Counted from the first letter of the stretch, positions 26,631 to 39,597 are shown. The stretch is DNA of 64,000 nt from Octopus bimaculoides (GCF_001194135.2 NC_068989.1:24473695-24537694), one strand, 5' to 3'. The notes: generated from the letters alone by a model not told the origin. Made by a program: numbers and translations.

Positions 26631-27337
26631 ATGCATATATATATATATACATATATATGTAAGTATGTACATATATGTATGTATATATGCATATATAAAT
26701 ATATATGTATATATCATTTATATTATTATATGATTGAACGCCACACGACCATTTCCAAGTAAGTTTATCTATCTATTTATGTATGTATGTATGTATGTAT
26801 GTATGTATGTATGTATGTATGTATGTATGCTTGTGTGTGTGTGTTTATATGAGTGTAGGATTGTGTGGGTATATATATGAGAGCATGCTGAAAAGTTCCT
26901 GGCTTTAAGGGTATTGCAAAAGACCTGGTTGGAGGCCCAACCTTCCAAATTCTTTTACAGGGCTTACCAAAACTGAAGGGCCACTGCAATAAGTGAGTGA
27001 ATCAGAGAGGGGAATATCATCATCATCATCATCATCGTTTAACGTCCGCTTTCCATGCTAGCATGGGTTGGACAATTTGACTGAGGTCTGGTGCAACCGG
27101 ATGGCTACACCAGGCTCCAATCTAATTTGGCAGAGTTTCTACAGCTGGATGCCCTTCCTAACGCCAACCACTCACTGATCCTCCTGTCTTTTCATATACC
27201 TAAAGCCAGGAACTTTTCAGCACCCCTACTGTGTGTGTGTGTGTGTGTGTGTGTATGCATATGCATGTATATTATATATATAGACTGTGTCATATATCTG
27301 AAAAAAAAAGCATGCTCTAAAGCATAGAGAAGTAATG

Positions 27338-28597
27338 TATTAAAAGTAATTAAGTTTATGTCTGGTCATAGAGTGATCAATGGTTTCGCAGCCTTAAAGG
27401 CCTTAGTCTCATGCACATCTCGTCAGACTCTAAAGCTGAAGACAAATGTAATTCTTCACCTTTGGGAAGCAGGAATCCATTATGGTCATTTGGTCAATTG
27501 TCACCAAAGTATAAATAGTCTGGGGTCAGTGATGATGAGTTATCTCTATAAAATCAGATTTTTGTGGGTCAAAAGATGGGGACCAAGGTATTTATTCCTC
27601 GGGCAGCTTATGGATCATAAGGACCCTTCTGAGCTTAATTGGAGAACAGGGAATCCCATGCTTGCAGCGGGTAGTGCTTAAGATACATGCAAGGACAGTA
27701 AATTTCCTGGTGAGTTTTCAGTGATTCAGGTTTCAGAGAGTCTTTGAGTATCCTTCGTTTAACGTCCGCTTTGAATATGCAAAGCATGCTGCATTTGGTT
27801 CCATTAATGTGGGGGCCCAGCTGCTCTAAGATCCTCCACTCAATATTTTATGGGGTCCCTTCATCTTGGAGGCACCACACATGGCTAGCTAGGAGTGTGA
27901 CGAATTGTCTTTCTGGAATTCTGAAAGAAGACCTGTAGTTTTACAGACATCACTTGAAAGCTGTCCCAGGTGACCCAATGTATTTCCAGGCCTGGGTGTT
28001 GGTTGCACTCATTATTAGCACATCCTCAGTTGGCTTTGGGCCTAGAGATGTTGTTGTCACCAGTGTTGCCGGGGCTGCTATCAGTGCTGTTATCATTACA
28101 AGGTGTGGCTCCAGCAATATCATTGTGGGTGCTATGGCTGTTGTTGCGGTGGTCATTACTGGGCTGTGGCATTGTCACTACTGTCACTCATGGTGATGTG
28201 GGTGCTATTGTGAAACCTGGATCACCGAACACTCACTAGGAAATTTACACCTCTTGCATCCATTTCTAGCATGCAAGCATGGGAGTTCTCCAATTAAGCC
28301 TAGAAGGTTCATTACGATCCATAAGCCGCTCAAGGTATAAATAAATACCGTGTTCCCCACCTCTTTTAACCCACAAAAAACTGGTCTAAGGGAAATGACC
28401 CATCCTCACTGATCCCGGACTATTTATTCTTTGGTGACAACTGACCAAATGACTGTAACCATTCGTACACTCAGAGGTAAAGAATTCCATTTGTCTTCAA
28501 CTTTAGAGCCTGACACAATGTCTGTGAGGCTGAGGCCTTTGTGGATGCAAAACCATTGGTCACTATATGACAGACATAAACTTAATTACTTTTAATA
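27338..28597. mobile_element. Element with ~350-bp diverged terminal inverted repeats enclosing a GC-richer internal segment
   Basis: 27338-27693 aligns by eye to the reverse complement of 28253-28597; (TA)n at the right flank. Confidence 0.7.
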
Positions 28598-28842
28598 TAT
28601 ATATATATATGTAAGTGTATGCAGATGTGCCATATATGTATATATACAGATGTAAGTATATGTTTAGTGTATAATTATGTATAACAGTAAACAAATGTAT
28701 ATGTCTATACATGTGTGTGTGTGTGTGTTTATTAACATGGAATGATAATGGCAGTTTTACGTTTTTCAGCAACTCCATTGTCTGATGTTTTATCTTACTG
28801 ATCTTCTTAAAATTGTTTTAGATGGCCTGGCTGCTTCCTACT

Positions 28843-31560
28843 GGTGGGGTGGATATCCAGGAACCTGCGTACACATCTATGTTCGTTAGTATGTTTTCTT
28901 TCTTTTATGTTTTGGTTAAATTCTTGGAGTGTTTATGTATGCATGTGGTGTGTATGTAGGGGTACAATATGTGTGGGAGCTTATATTGGGGATGATGGAA
29001 AATGGTATCTTGGGTAGATATCCACCATGTTAAGGCATGTGTGTTTGTGAGTGCATTTGTGCATGATTGATCAAAGAACTGGTGGCCTTCGAGAATGACT
29101 TTTTGAACATTATACCACACCTGAAATTCCATAAGCCCTTTAATGCTTTCAATTGTAAACTTAGAGCAGACATCTGTTGACTGAGATGTTCTGATATGAC
29201 TCTTCTCTTCTCTGATAAAACTAAAAATCTGTACAGAATAAGTAATGATACATATGCACAGCTACTTAACAGCAACATCACACAAACGTACAGGAGGGCA
29301 GCCCTTCAAGCTTACGATGGCATTTTCTATGAGGCCAAAGATATTGTGGTTAAACTAGGTATAGAGGATAGGGTAGAGACATTAACAAAGAAAGAAGCCC
29401 TTATTATGATCAAGGACCATAAACCAAACTTTGTCTCTAACCCCAAGTACAGGCTGATGAACTCTGCGAAGTTTGAGATTGGACAGGGAAACAAACAGCT
29501 CATCAGGAAGATCAATAACAGTGTTCTGGCCTCACCCTATGGCATAACACCAATGAGGTCATAACATGGTTTAAAACCAATTGTGAAAGGGTAGAGCTAG
29601 GTTTAACCAATTCGATATAGTGGGCTTTTACCCATCTATGTTGCGGAAGCTCCTTTTTAAGGCATTAGATTTTGCTAGGTCCTATACTGAAGTTAGTGAT
29701 GAGGACATACACATTATCATGTACACCAGAAGAACCATACTCCTCAGTAAGGGGTTGGCCTGGGCCAAACGAACTGAACCAGAAGGCTCCTTTGACATAA
29801 CAGTGAGCACTTTTGACAGTGCTAATGGGTGTGACCTCATTGGTTTCTTCATCCTAGATTTACTCAAAAAGTAGTTCCCTTCCTTCTACAGGGATGATGT
29901 ACTGGCAATATCAGGAGGGGCAAATGACCACACACTGAATAAGCTTAGAAAAGACCTCACCAACACCATGAATTTCCTTGGAGTGAAGGTCATGATAGAA
30001 ACCAACCTGAAAATGGTGGATTTCCTTGATATGACCCTGGACTTGGAGTCTGGTGCCTATAAACCCTTTAGGAAGTCAAATGAAAAGCTATCATGTATTA
30101 ACACAGGTTCCTATAATCCAGCTATAGTTTTCAAGAACCTGGTAAAGGGTGTCAGCAGAAGTCTCTAACCTGTCTTCAAGCAAAGGGATTTTTGATGCTG
30201 CTGTCCCATACTATAATGAGGCTCTGGCTGCCAGCAGTTTCAAAGAAAGAATTAATTATACACCAGACTCTAATCCCTCCAAGATAAAATGCTATCAGAA
30301 AGTGTTGTGGGTTACACTGCCCTTCTTTTTAAGTGTTAAAACCTGAGCAGGTAAGATTTTCCTCAGTAGATAAACAGTTTCCTTGTATAAATAGGTTCAG
30401 TAAAATAATAGGCACACCCAGAGAGTTTCCTTTAGCTGTGCACCCATGTAAAAAAGACTTTTGTAGGTAGGCCCACACCTGAGACAGAGATAGGATGCTC
30501 ATGTACGCTAACAACATATGAGACAGAGGTAAAAGTAACAGACTCAGATGGGCAACCAAGTGTGTGAAAGTATATGAGAGCAACTGAAGGCCCCTTCAGA
30601 ACTGGCTATAACAACCACAATTCCTCCTTCAACATTCCGGAGAGATGTAATGCAACAATCCTGGCCAAGCACGTATGATCATTGAAAGAATGCATTGTCA
30701 AGAACAGCATAAAGTGGAGGATTCTAGAGAAATGTAAAGCATACTTTAATAACAGCAGGAGGTGCAGATTATGCCTGACTGAGAAAAGAGTAATATTGAA
30801 GAGGTTTCAGCACCCAGGTATCTACCTGAACAGCAGAACAACAGAAGTGACATTTTTATTCCTTGCCCACATGAAAGGAAGTACATCCTACCATACCTGC
30901 ATGCCCCATCATGACTATAATCCCCAGTACCCTAGCTTTGGCCCTCCTTCCATCAATACCTGGGGGTCAGGTGAAGAGTTTGACCAGAACATACACAAAT
31001 GCACAAACAAATACAACCACCTTAACATGGTGGACATCCAACCAATAGGCTATTTTCCACCATCCTCAATATGAGCCCCTACACATACTGCATGCATACA
31101 TCAGCACACCTCAAGAATTTACCCAAAACATAAAAGAAAGAAAGCACACTAACAAACACAGATGTGTATGCAGGTTTTTGGATATCCTCCACCCCACACC
31201 CCACAAAGGCTATACCACTACAAATATCCCATTTTTACAAGAGTTACCTTAAAGATACACACACTTCCAATAAACTCTTCCAGCAAACACTTGCCAACTT
31301 GCAACACCTCCAGAGATGGTGTTTTTGATACCAACAGATGTAACAACCCTTGCTTAGTTCGTTTCATCAGTCTTTTTCACAGCAAGCACAAACCAGATGT
31401 GTCTGTTCACCTCCAACAATAGAAAACAGTCACCGTATTTCATTCCATAATTGCCATCTCTGAAGAGTATAGAGTTACATAATCAGACTGTTACTTAACA
31501 CGACGTTGAACCCTTGATGTGAAACCGATTGGTAAGACTGGCTATAATGGATATATAATA
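28843..31560 (+). mobile_element. Decayed Penelope-like retroelement (RT plus GIY-YIG) with inverted 5' pseudo-LTR
   Basis: Fragmented frames: 'IKDHKPNFVSNPKYRLMNSAKFEIG', 'FDIVGFYPS', 'YRDDVLAI', 'VDFLDMTLDL', 'ATEGPFRTGYNNHNSSF' and 'IKWRILEKCKAY...CRLCLTEK'. 28843-29082 is an inverted copy of 30984-31200. Confidence 0.88.
31452..31543 (+). ncRNA. Degenerate type I hammerhead-ribozyme-like motif at the 3' end of the Penelope-like element
   Basis: GCCATCT-CTGAAGA-G...GAAA-CCGATTGG-TA-AGACTGGC. Stem I (GCCATCT/AGACTGGC), core, short stem III and a GUA triplet are present; stem II is poorly paired. Confidence 0.55.
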
Positions 31561-31801
31561 CTGTACACTGCAATTAATATATCCACTCTATTGACAGATA
31601 TAAAAGTGCATATTTTCCTGACCTATGGATTCTTAGATGGCTTACACACATATACATACGTGCGCACACGTGCACACAGACACACACACACACAAATAAG
31701 TATATGTGTGTATATCTTATACCTATATATGTATGTATATATGCATATATAAATATATATATGTATATATGTAAATGTATATATATATATGTGTGTGTGT
31801 G

Positions 31802-31890
<89 letters not shown>

Positions 31891-31903
31891 GTGTGTATAT
31901 ATA

Positions 31904-31953
<50 letters not shown>

Positions 31954-31977
31954 CTGAAACAAATGAATGAAACTTAC

Positions 31978-32100
31978 CACAGGGATGTCATCTAAGAGAT
32001 GCAATCCTCGTAAATGGAAAATAACATAGAAACGGTAATCCTCATGTTCCTCAATCATTGGATTTCCAGAGAAATGAGCAATAGTTAAGTTCTTCAAGTT
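31978..32100 (-). CDS. LRRC9: LRRC9 exon ([41 protein letters not shown]); LRR cap
   Basis: tctttag| acceptor, GTG|gtaagt donor. 'YR.YVIFHL..L..LD' U2A'-type LRR cap as in LRRC9. Confidence 0.94.
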
Positions 32101-33031
32101 CTAAAGAATAGTAAATAATAACAGTGATAATTCACATATAATAATTAACAAAGTGTATTTATTTGCTCTCATGGAAATGAAATGGAAAGGATGGAAGGAG
32201 ATGACTGTCAAATGATAAACAGAGAGTTGATGAGTGACAGTAAAAGTAAAATGAAAGTGAGTAAATGGATGAGGTTGTTTTTCATACTGCTCTTAATGGT
32301 GGACAAGCAAACAGTGTGTGAAGTGAGAGAATTAAAATGACAGTAAGTAGGACTAAGAGGTTTGAACTGTATTTTGTTTAAAGCTAGGACGAGAAATAAA
32401 AATATCCTTGATATACTGATAAATAACAACGGGAAACAAAAAAAAGTCTTTATGGAACTTAGTTTGATATGAATATTGTGATAAAAAAGCTTCTAGAGTA
32501 ATGTTGATTACAAATAAATCTTTCAGGATAGCTCTATGGTTAAGAAGTTTGTTTCTAGATTATGTTGCTTTGGATTCACTCTATTGCATGACATTGTCAG
32601 CAAGAGTCTTCTACAATGGCATTGGCTGACCAATGCCTTGTGAAAGAATTTGGTGAATGGAAACTGAAAGAAGCCCATGTTTGTGCATGCACGATTGTGT
32701 GAATGTTTACAAAACTATGCCCAACTGCAGGCACAGATGGGGAGGGACATCACTGTTTGCAACTCAGTTACAAATAGTGATGTCATTACTCATGGTTGGA
32801 TTCCAATCAGTGGAATTTGTTGACAATTTCTGTCAACAAGTCATCCACTAATTCTGTGCTTTCAATTTACTTTGGAATACAAATCCTTTACTCAAAAAAC
32901 ATGTAAGAGTTAATGATAGGAAGTGCATCTGGCTATAAAAAAAACTTGCCTCAAAATTTTCTACTGTCAAAGCCTTTTTGTAAATATAGTGTTTTTGTAA
33001 GTTTAGTATAATATAGTTTTGAATGGAGATG

Positions 33032-33943
33032 CTCTGAACTTTGCCCAGCCTATCTTAGCTGTGAGAATAAGATTAAGCTGGGTAAAGTTCAGAGAGCTCC
33101 TACCCTTGCTAGCAACAAAGGGCATCTCTCTTAGAGTAAAAGACAGATTGTTTGATGCCTGTGTGTGAACAGCTATGCTGCATGGCAGTGAAACATGGGC
33201 TATGACAGCCGAGGACATGTGTAGGCTTGAAAGAAATTAAGCTTGTATGCTTCCCTGGATGTGCAATGTCAGTGTGCATGTTTGACAGAGTGTAAGCATC
33301 TAGAGAGAAAAGTTAGGTATAAGAGGAATCAGATGTGGTGTGCAAGAGAGATGACTGCACTGGTATGGTCATGTGATGCATATGGATGTGGACAGCTGTG
33401 TAAAGAAGTGCCAATCTCTAACTGTGGAGGGAACCTGTGGTAGAGGTAGACATGGGACGAGGTGGTGAAACATGATCTTTGAACTTTGAGCCTCACAGAG
33501 GCAATGACTCGTGACTGAGATCTTTGGCAATGTGCTGTGCTTGAGAGGACCTGTCAAGTGCACCCATGCTGGTGGCATGTGTAGAACATATTTTGAATGT
33601 TGGGCCACACAGAGGCAAAGTGGCTGAGTTCCTTTCAAGTGCTGGGTCTCACGGAGGCAAAGATCAAGACCATTGGCATTATGTCATGCTTGAGAAGAAG
33701 ACCCATCAAACTGAGCAAAATCGCAGTCATAGCAGATACTGGTGTCATGCAAATTAACAGCTGTGTCAGTGGCACGTGTGTCGTGTAAAAGAACCCATTA
33801 CACTCTTGGAGTGGTTGGTGCGTTAGGAAGGGCATCCAGTTGTAGAAAACCATGCCAAATCAGACTGGAGTCGGGTGCAGCCTTCCATCGTGTCAGCCCA
33901 GTCAAACCGTCCAACCCATGCCAGCATGAACAACAGACATTAA

Positions 33944-33975
<32 letters not shown>
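33032..33975 (+). mobile_element. 5'-truncated RTE LINE 3' portion with (GAT)n tail
   Basis: 'W.KFRELLPLLATKG.SL.VK.RLFDACV.TAMLHGSETW'-like translation, homologous to 9540-10280. Confidence 0.85.
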
Positions 33976-34946
33976 ATACTTAATTTTTAAAAAATGTAAT
34001 TTTTGATGATACACAATAACAGTAATGATGATTTTTAATAGAGAGACAATAACACACACATTTTTAGAGAAGGATATAGTCAATTATATTAACAACAGTA
34101 CATTACTGGTGCTTGTTTAGCTGACCCCTTAAAGTCAACTCTGGTGGAATTTGAACTCACAATGTAAAGCAATGTAGTCAGATACTTACAGGAATTTTGT
34201 TTCCAATTCTGCTGTCCACCACTCTAATAAAAATGATTTCCAACATTCATACAAGGCCTCAAATTTGAAGGAAGTCTGCAGTCAATTAAAAACTGCACGA
34301 GGACTCCAAAAGCCACAATGAAAGTAATCCCATCTAGGTGATCAGTAACTTGGAATAAAAATTGACTTAGTGTAGAGGGGAGATTTTAGTCCTGTCTCAG
34401 ACAATCTCTCTAATGCTGGAAGCATGATAAAACCCCCAATCCATATCATAAAGTGGTTGGTGGAAGGAAGAGAAAGAGAATCCAACCAGTAAGGCCACTT
34501 TTAAGATCGTGACAGTCACAAATATAATAAAAAACACTAACTACATATACAGAGCTAACAGCTACTGTATTAGAATTATACATAGTAATGGGATAACTTG
34601 GTGGGGATATCTGGCCAAGTGCAAGAGCCTTTAATTCTCATCATGTGATTGCAAATTTGCAAATAATAACTGAAGAAACAACTGCAATAGCATTGCCTTT
34701 ATCTTGATGGACTTTGGCAAGGAAATGGATCATCTTTTAGCTTTCTTTTAACTTTTATTTGTTTCAGGCGTTAAACTGTGGCCATGCTGGAGTATCACTT
34801 TCAAGAACTTTTAGTCAAATGAATTGACTCTAGTACTTGTTGTTTTTTAAAGCCTGATACTTATTCAGTCGGTCTCTTTGCTGAACTGCTAAGTTATAGA
34901 CACTTAAGCACATCAAAACCAGTTGTCAAGAAGTGGTAGGAAACCC

Positions 34947-34977
<31 letters not shown>

Positions 34978-35334
34978 CTCTTCTGACTGGGTAACCATGT
35001 ATCTCCTCTACAGCAAGACACCTGTTTCTGTCTCTCTGTCACACTCTAACCTTTCATCATCTGACATAAGATAACCTTCTCCAATGTCCCCTCCTCTCTC
35101 AAAGGATCTTTGTCTTGCAAGTTACTTGGTGACCTTGCCAGTGTTGGTAACATGTAAAAATGCACCCAGTCCACACTATAAAGAGGTTGGCATTTGGAAG
35201 GGCATCCAGGTGTAAAAACCATGCCAAAACTGACCTTGCCTGTGCTCTTCCTAATGCCAACCACTCCACAAGGTGTACTGGGTGTCTTTTACATGTCACC
35301 GGTACTGGCCATGACTATGATTTCACTTAACTTG

Positions 35335-35365
<31 letters not shown>

Positions 35366-36966
35366 AATCTCTCTGTCTGTCTGTCTGTCTACACATACGG
35401 ATGCATATGATGTGTATGAGTAAAGACAGCTGTATACTGTACAGAAGTGCCTGTCACTGAAAGTGGATGGTACCTGTGGAAGAGGGAGACCCAGGAAATC
35501 ATGGGATGAAGTGGTGAGGACAGATCTCAGGATGTTAGGGTTCATGGAGGAAATGACAGTGGACTGAGATGTCTGGCAATGTGAGGTTCTAGAGAAGAAC
35601 TGCACATGTCAGTGAAACTGAATGCCAGAAGTGTTGTGTCCCACCTACAAGCAACAATAAACCTTTCACCCACACCCTACCTCAAGAAACCAAACTACAT
35701 CTCCTCTTCTAAACTGCATCCTTCTCTTCCTCGCATTTCCTCTTCATACACTATGATTGTCCCCACTGTCCTTTCCTGCCCTGCTCACTGTATTGCTGTT
35801 TCCTCCCACCCCATCTTTATACCCAGGTTTACGCCAGTCACTGCGATCCTCACTCCCTGCATGTGCCTTCTTGGCAATACCTGGCTACATATATTATGAC
35901 CTCCATACCATGAGGGTATTCCCTGGCAGTTGCCACCATTTATCTCTCTCTTCCTTACTCTACCATTCCATCTATGCTCTGATCCCTGTTACTTGTGAGC
36001 ATACCCTGACACTTCACCACCATCTCTCTCTTGCACTTTTTCTGTTTCCCACTCTCTCTCTTTTCCTTGCTCTTCTAGCTGGGTAGCCATGTATCTCCAC
36101 TACAGTAGCACACCTATTTCTGCCCCCATTCTTGATCACTTTCTCTTTCCTCTTGCTTTTCCCCTCTAGCTAGATAACCAAGTATCTCCTTTACATTAGC
36201 ACACCTGTTTCTGTCCTCTTTCTTGTATTACTCTCCCCTCTCTCTCTTTCCTCTCTCTGGTTGGGTAACCATGTACCTCCTCCATAGCAAGACACCTGTT
36301 TCTGTTTCTCTGTTTCTCTGTCACACTCTAATCTTTCATCATCTGACACAAGACCTCCTCCCCTTCTCATAATTCCTTGTCTTGCAAGTTACTTGGTGAT
36401 CCTGTTGGTGTTGGTGCCATGTAAAACGCATCCAGTCCACACTGCAAAGTGGTTGGCATTTGGAAGGGCATCCAGCAGTAAAAATCATGCCAAAACTGAC
36501 CTCGCCTGTACTGGTGCCACGTAAAAAGCACACAGTCCACTCTGCAGGGTGGTTGGTGTTAGGAAGGGCATCCAGCCATAAAAACCATGCCAAAACAGAC
36601 ACAGTAGCTTTGGTAGTCGTCTACCTGGCTGGCTCCTGTCAACTGTCTTACCCAAGCATGTATGCAAGATGGATGGTGTATATATATACATATACATACA
36701 TATATATANNNNNNNNNNNNNNNNNNNNNNNNNNNNNNNNNNNNNNNNNNNNNNNNNNNNNNNNNTATATATATATGTATGTATATGTATATGTATATAT
36801 GTATGCATCCACACACACACACACACTCTCCAATCTGAAGCTACAGTAGAACGCACCATTTGTCACTGCAACAACCAATCAGTTTATATTTAGTTTTAAA
36901 TTTGAAAATAAGTTGTCCAGTGTTAAATTTTATTTTAAAAACGGGAAAATTTTTTTTTTTTTTTAC

Positions 36967-37254
36967 CTTAACACTGATGATTTCTCTGGGATTAGCTATT
37001 TTGTTGTTGGTCAAATACAGATGTTGCAGATTAGTAAGTTTGTTGAAATTTTCCAGACTAGTAAACAGGTTATTTTCTAATGATAGATAGGACAGTTTGG
37101 CCAAATTTGTTAGGCAACTTGCATTTAGTTTGTCTAAATAGTTGTGTGATAGATGCAGCTTCTGTAATTTTACCAACTGTGAAATATCTCCAAGCTGATT
37201 GATGCAGTTGTTGGCAGCTGAGATTTCTTCAAGACAAAGGCACTGTTTCAGATT
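36967..37254 (-). CDS. LRRC9: LRRC9 exon (NLKQCLCLEEISAANNCINQLGDISQLVKLQKLHLSHN...NPREIISVK); four LRRs
   Basis: tttttag| acceptor, AAG|gtaaaa donor; 96 codons; SDS22-like LRRs. Confidence 0.93.
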
Positions 37255-38437
37255 CTAAAATTAAAATAAAAGAATCCCGCCAGTAAAAATCAAAAATTAA
37301 TATTTTTGCCAGTATGGAAAAGGAAACATTAAATGATGATGATGATGATCATCATCATCATCTCTCCTAGAAAATTACAGATGATATGTGATGAGTAATG
37401 ATGTTTTGATCAGAAGCATTTAAAGGACCTTAAACAATGATGTTGATAATGATTTCAAATATATTAATCTCTCCTCTAATCCTTAGAAAATTGCAGATGA
37501 TAGCATTCATAAAATACATTTGTATGTTGCGTGTGAGATGAGTTATGGTGTTTTGGTTAGGGTCCTGTATAAAAGAAGCTACAAATGGTCAAATAGACAT
37601 GGTACCTGCAGGTCAGTCGTTCATATTTGGATGTTGTCTCTGCATTAGGTCAGTAAACATGGATCTTATCTCCTAACAGCCTCCACTTCTTAGATGTGAA
37701 CTTGTGCTACTGATAGATGTAATTCATGGGAGTAAACAGTGGATAAATCTGTCTTGATTTTACAGATTCATTGGCAAGAGTTTATCCCAATTTCCATGGC
37801 ATTTAAGGATCTCAGAGTACAAGACCAACTCCACTGAACAGGACACCATTCCATCACAAAACTAAACCCACTTCCAGCTACTTCCAGAACTCATTGTTTA
37901 GCTAACTGTACTGCAACAACCTGCAATGAAGTGTTAACCCTTTCACTTACAGATTATTTTGTCAAATTTAATGGTTATTTATTCACATTGTTTTGAAATA
38001 ATCATGCCTTATCTTGTAGCTTTGAGATTTTGACGACCTCATTGGTTATTTTTAGACAGACATTGTAGCACAGGTGTGAGAGGTTGGCTCTCACCAATTT
38101 GAACATAAAACAGGTAGTATATTTTGGCCAAATATAGCAGGTTTAATCCTAAAGTATTTAAACTGGCTACATCCAGCCACAATATTCTGCCTGTTTCATG
38201 TTCAAATGGGCCTGATCCAACATCCTACACCTGTTATTCTAAAAATAAGTAATCACATCATCGAAATCGTGAAGCCACAAGATAATGCATGATTAATTGA
38301 AAACAATGCGAATAAATAAACATTACATTTGACAGAGTAATCTGAATGCTTAAAAGTTAAATGCTAAAATGTTAATCAAGGACTTAACATGTTATCTAGT
38401 CTAAGAATCGAATTCACAACCCTACAATTGTGAGCCC

Positions 38438-38620
38438 AGTAGTGGTAGTGGTAGTAGTGGTGGTGGTAGTAATGGTGCTGTTAGTAGTAGTAGTAGTAGT
38501 AGTAGTAGCAGCGGTAGTATTAGTGGCAATGATGATGGTGGTAGATGTGGTGGTAGTGGTGATGCTAGTAGTAGTAGTAGTGGTTGTGGTGGTGGTGGTG
38601 GTAGTAGTAGTAGTATTATG
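38438..38620. repeat. Compound (GTA/GTG)n microsatellite; one of many SSRs ((TA)n, (CA)n, (GA)n, (AAT)n, (GAT)n) in the window
   Basis: Directly visible. Confidence 0.95.
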
Positions 38621-38652
38621 GTCTCTGAAAAGAGGAGAGTTGTGCTACCTAC

Positions 38653-38763
38653 CTGCAAAGTGGTTAGTTGATTTCCATCCAAAGACAGCCACCTCAGTAA
38701 GAGTAGTTTGCCAACAATAGATAAGTCCTGCAGGTAGCAGTGATCAAGGCAGAGGGAGGTGAT
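38653..38763 (-). CDS. LRRC9: LRRC9 exon (ITSLCLDHCYLQDLSIVGKLLLLRWLSLDGNQLTTLQ)
   Basis: Long polypyrimidine tract then ctccag|; CAG|gtaggt donor; 37 codons; LRR motifs. Confidence 0.92.
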
Positions 38764-39295
38764 CTGGAGGGTAAGAGAGAGAGAGAGAGAGGAAATAGAG
38801 CATAAGAGAAAAGGTGATGGAGACAAAGAAGAGAGGAGGAAGAAGAAGAGAAGGGTAAGGAGAGAACGGGAGAAAGAGGGGGGTGGGTGAAGAGAGAAAG
38901 AGGAAGAAATGAGGAATGGGACAGAAAGAGGCAAGGGAAAGAGGTGAAAATATGGAAAAGGAGAAACAGAGAGGAAACACAATGAGAGACAGGGAGAAAA
39001 AGAGAAGTGAATTANNNNNNNNNNNNNNNNNNNNNNNNNNNNNNNNNNNNNNNNNNNNNNNNNNNNNNNNNNNNNNNNNNNNNNNNNNNNNNNNNNNNNN
39101 NNNNNNNNNNNNNNNNNNNNNNNNNNNNNNNNNNNNNNNNNNNNNNNNNNNNNNNNNNNNNNNNNNNNNNNNNNNNNNNNNNNNNNNNNNNNNNNNNNNN
39201 NNNNNNNNNNNNNNNNNNNNNNNNNNNNNNNNNNNNNNNNNNNNNNNNNNNNNNNNNNNNNNNNNNNNNNNNNNNNNNNNNNCATGTTATAATTG

Positions 39296-39394
39296 CATAC
39301 TTTATTCCTACATATGTTTCAAAGGATTACAACCTGTGTGATCCATAGGGATCTTTGATATTAAAGTTGTAACCTTCTCATCAGGGAAAGCATG
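39296..39394 (-). ncRNA. Type I hammerhead ribozyme motif (left arm; sense in LRRC9 pre-mRNA)
   Basis: Mirror copy of 39462-39560; the single difference lies in the stem II loop. Confidence 0.75.
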
Positions 39395-39461
39395 GGAATC
39401 ATCTTAAACGTAAGACATTATGACCGAATCAGTCATAATGTCTTACGTTTAAGATGATTCC

Positions 39462-39560
39462 CATGCTTTCCCTGATGAGAAGGTTACAATTTTAATATCA
39501 AAGATCCCTATGGATCACACAGGTTGTAATCCTTTGAAACATATGTAGGAATAAAGTATG
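39462..39560 (+). ncRNA. Type I hammerhead ribozyme motif (right arm)
   Basis: Stem I CATGCTTTCC/GGAA(TAA)AGTATG; core CTGATGA (39472-39478); stem II GAAGGTTACAA/TTGTAATCCTTT; GAAA (39536-39539); palindromic stem III ACATATGT; GUA cleavage triplet (39545-39547). Confidence 0.75.
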
Positions 39561-39597
39561 CAATTATAACATGCGTTTTCTCCATTCCTTAAATTCT

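Larger units (their letters stand above)
39283..39573. repeat. Near-perfect foldback element (142-bp arms, 7-nt spacer)
   Basis: 39283-39424 is the reverse complement of 39432-39573 with one mismatch seen by eye. The left end abuts an N-gap. Confidence 0.9.
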
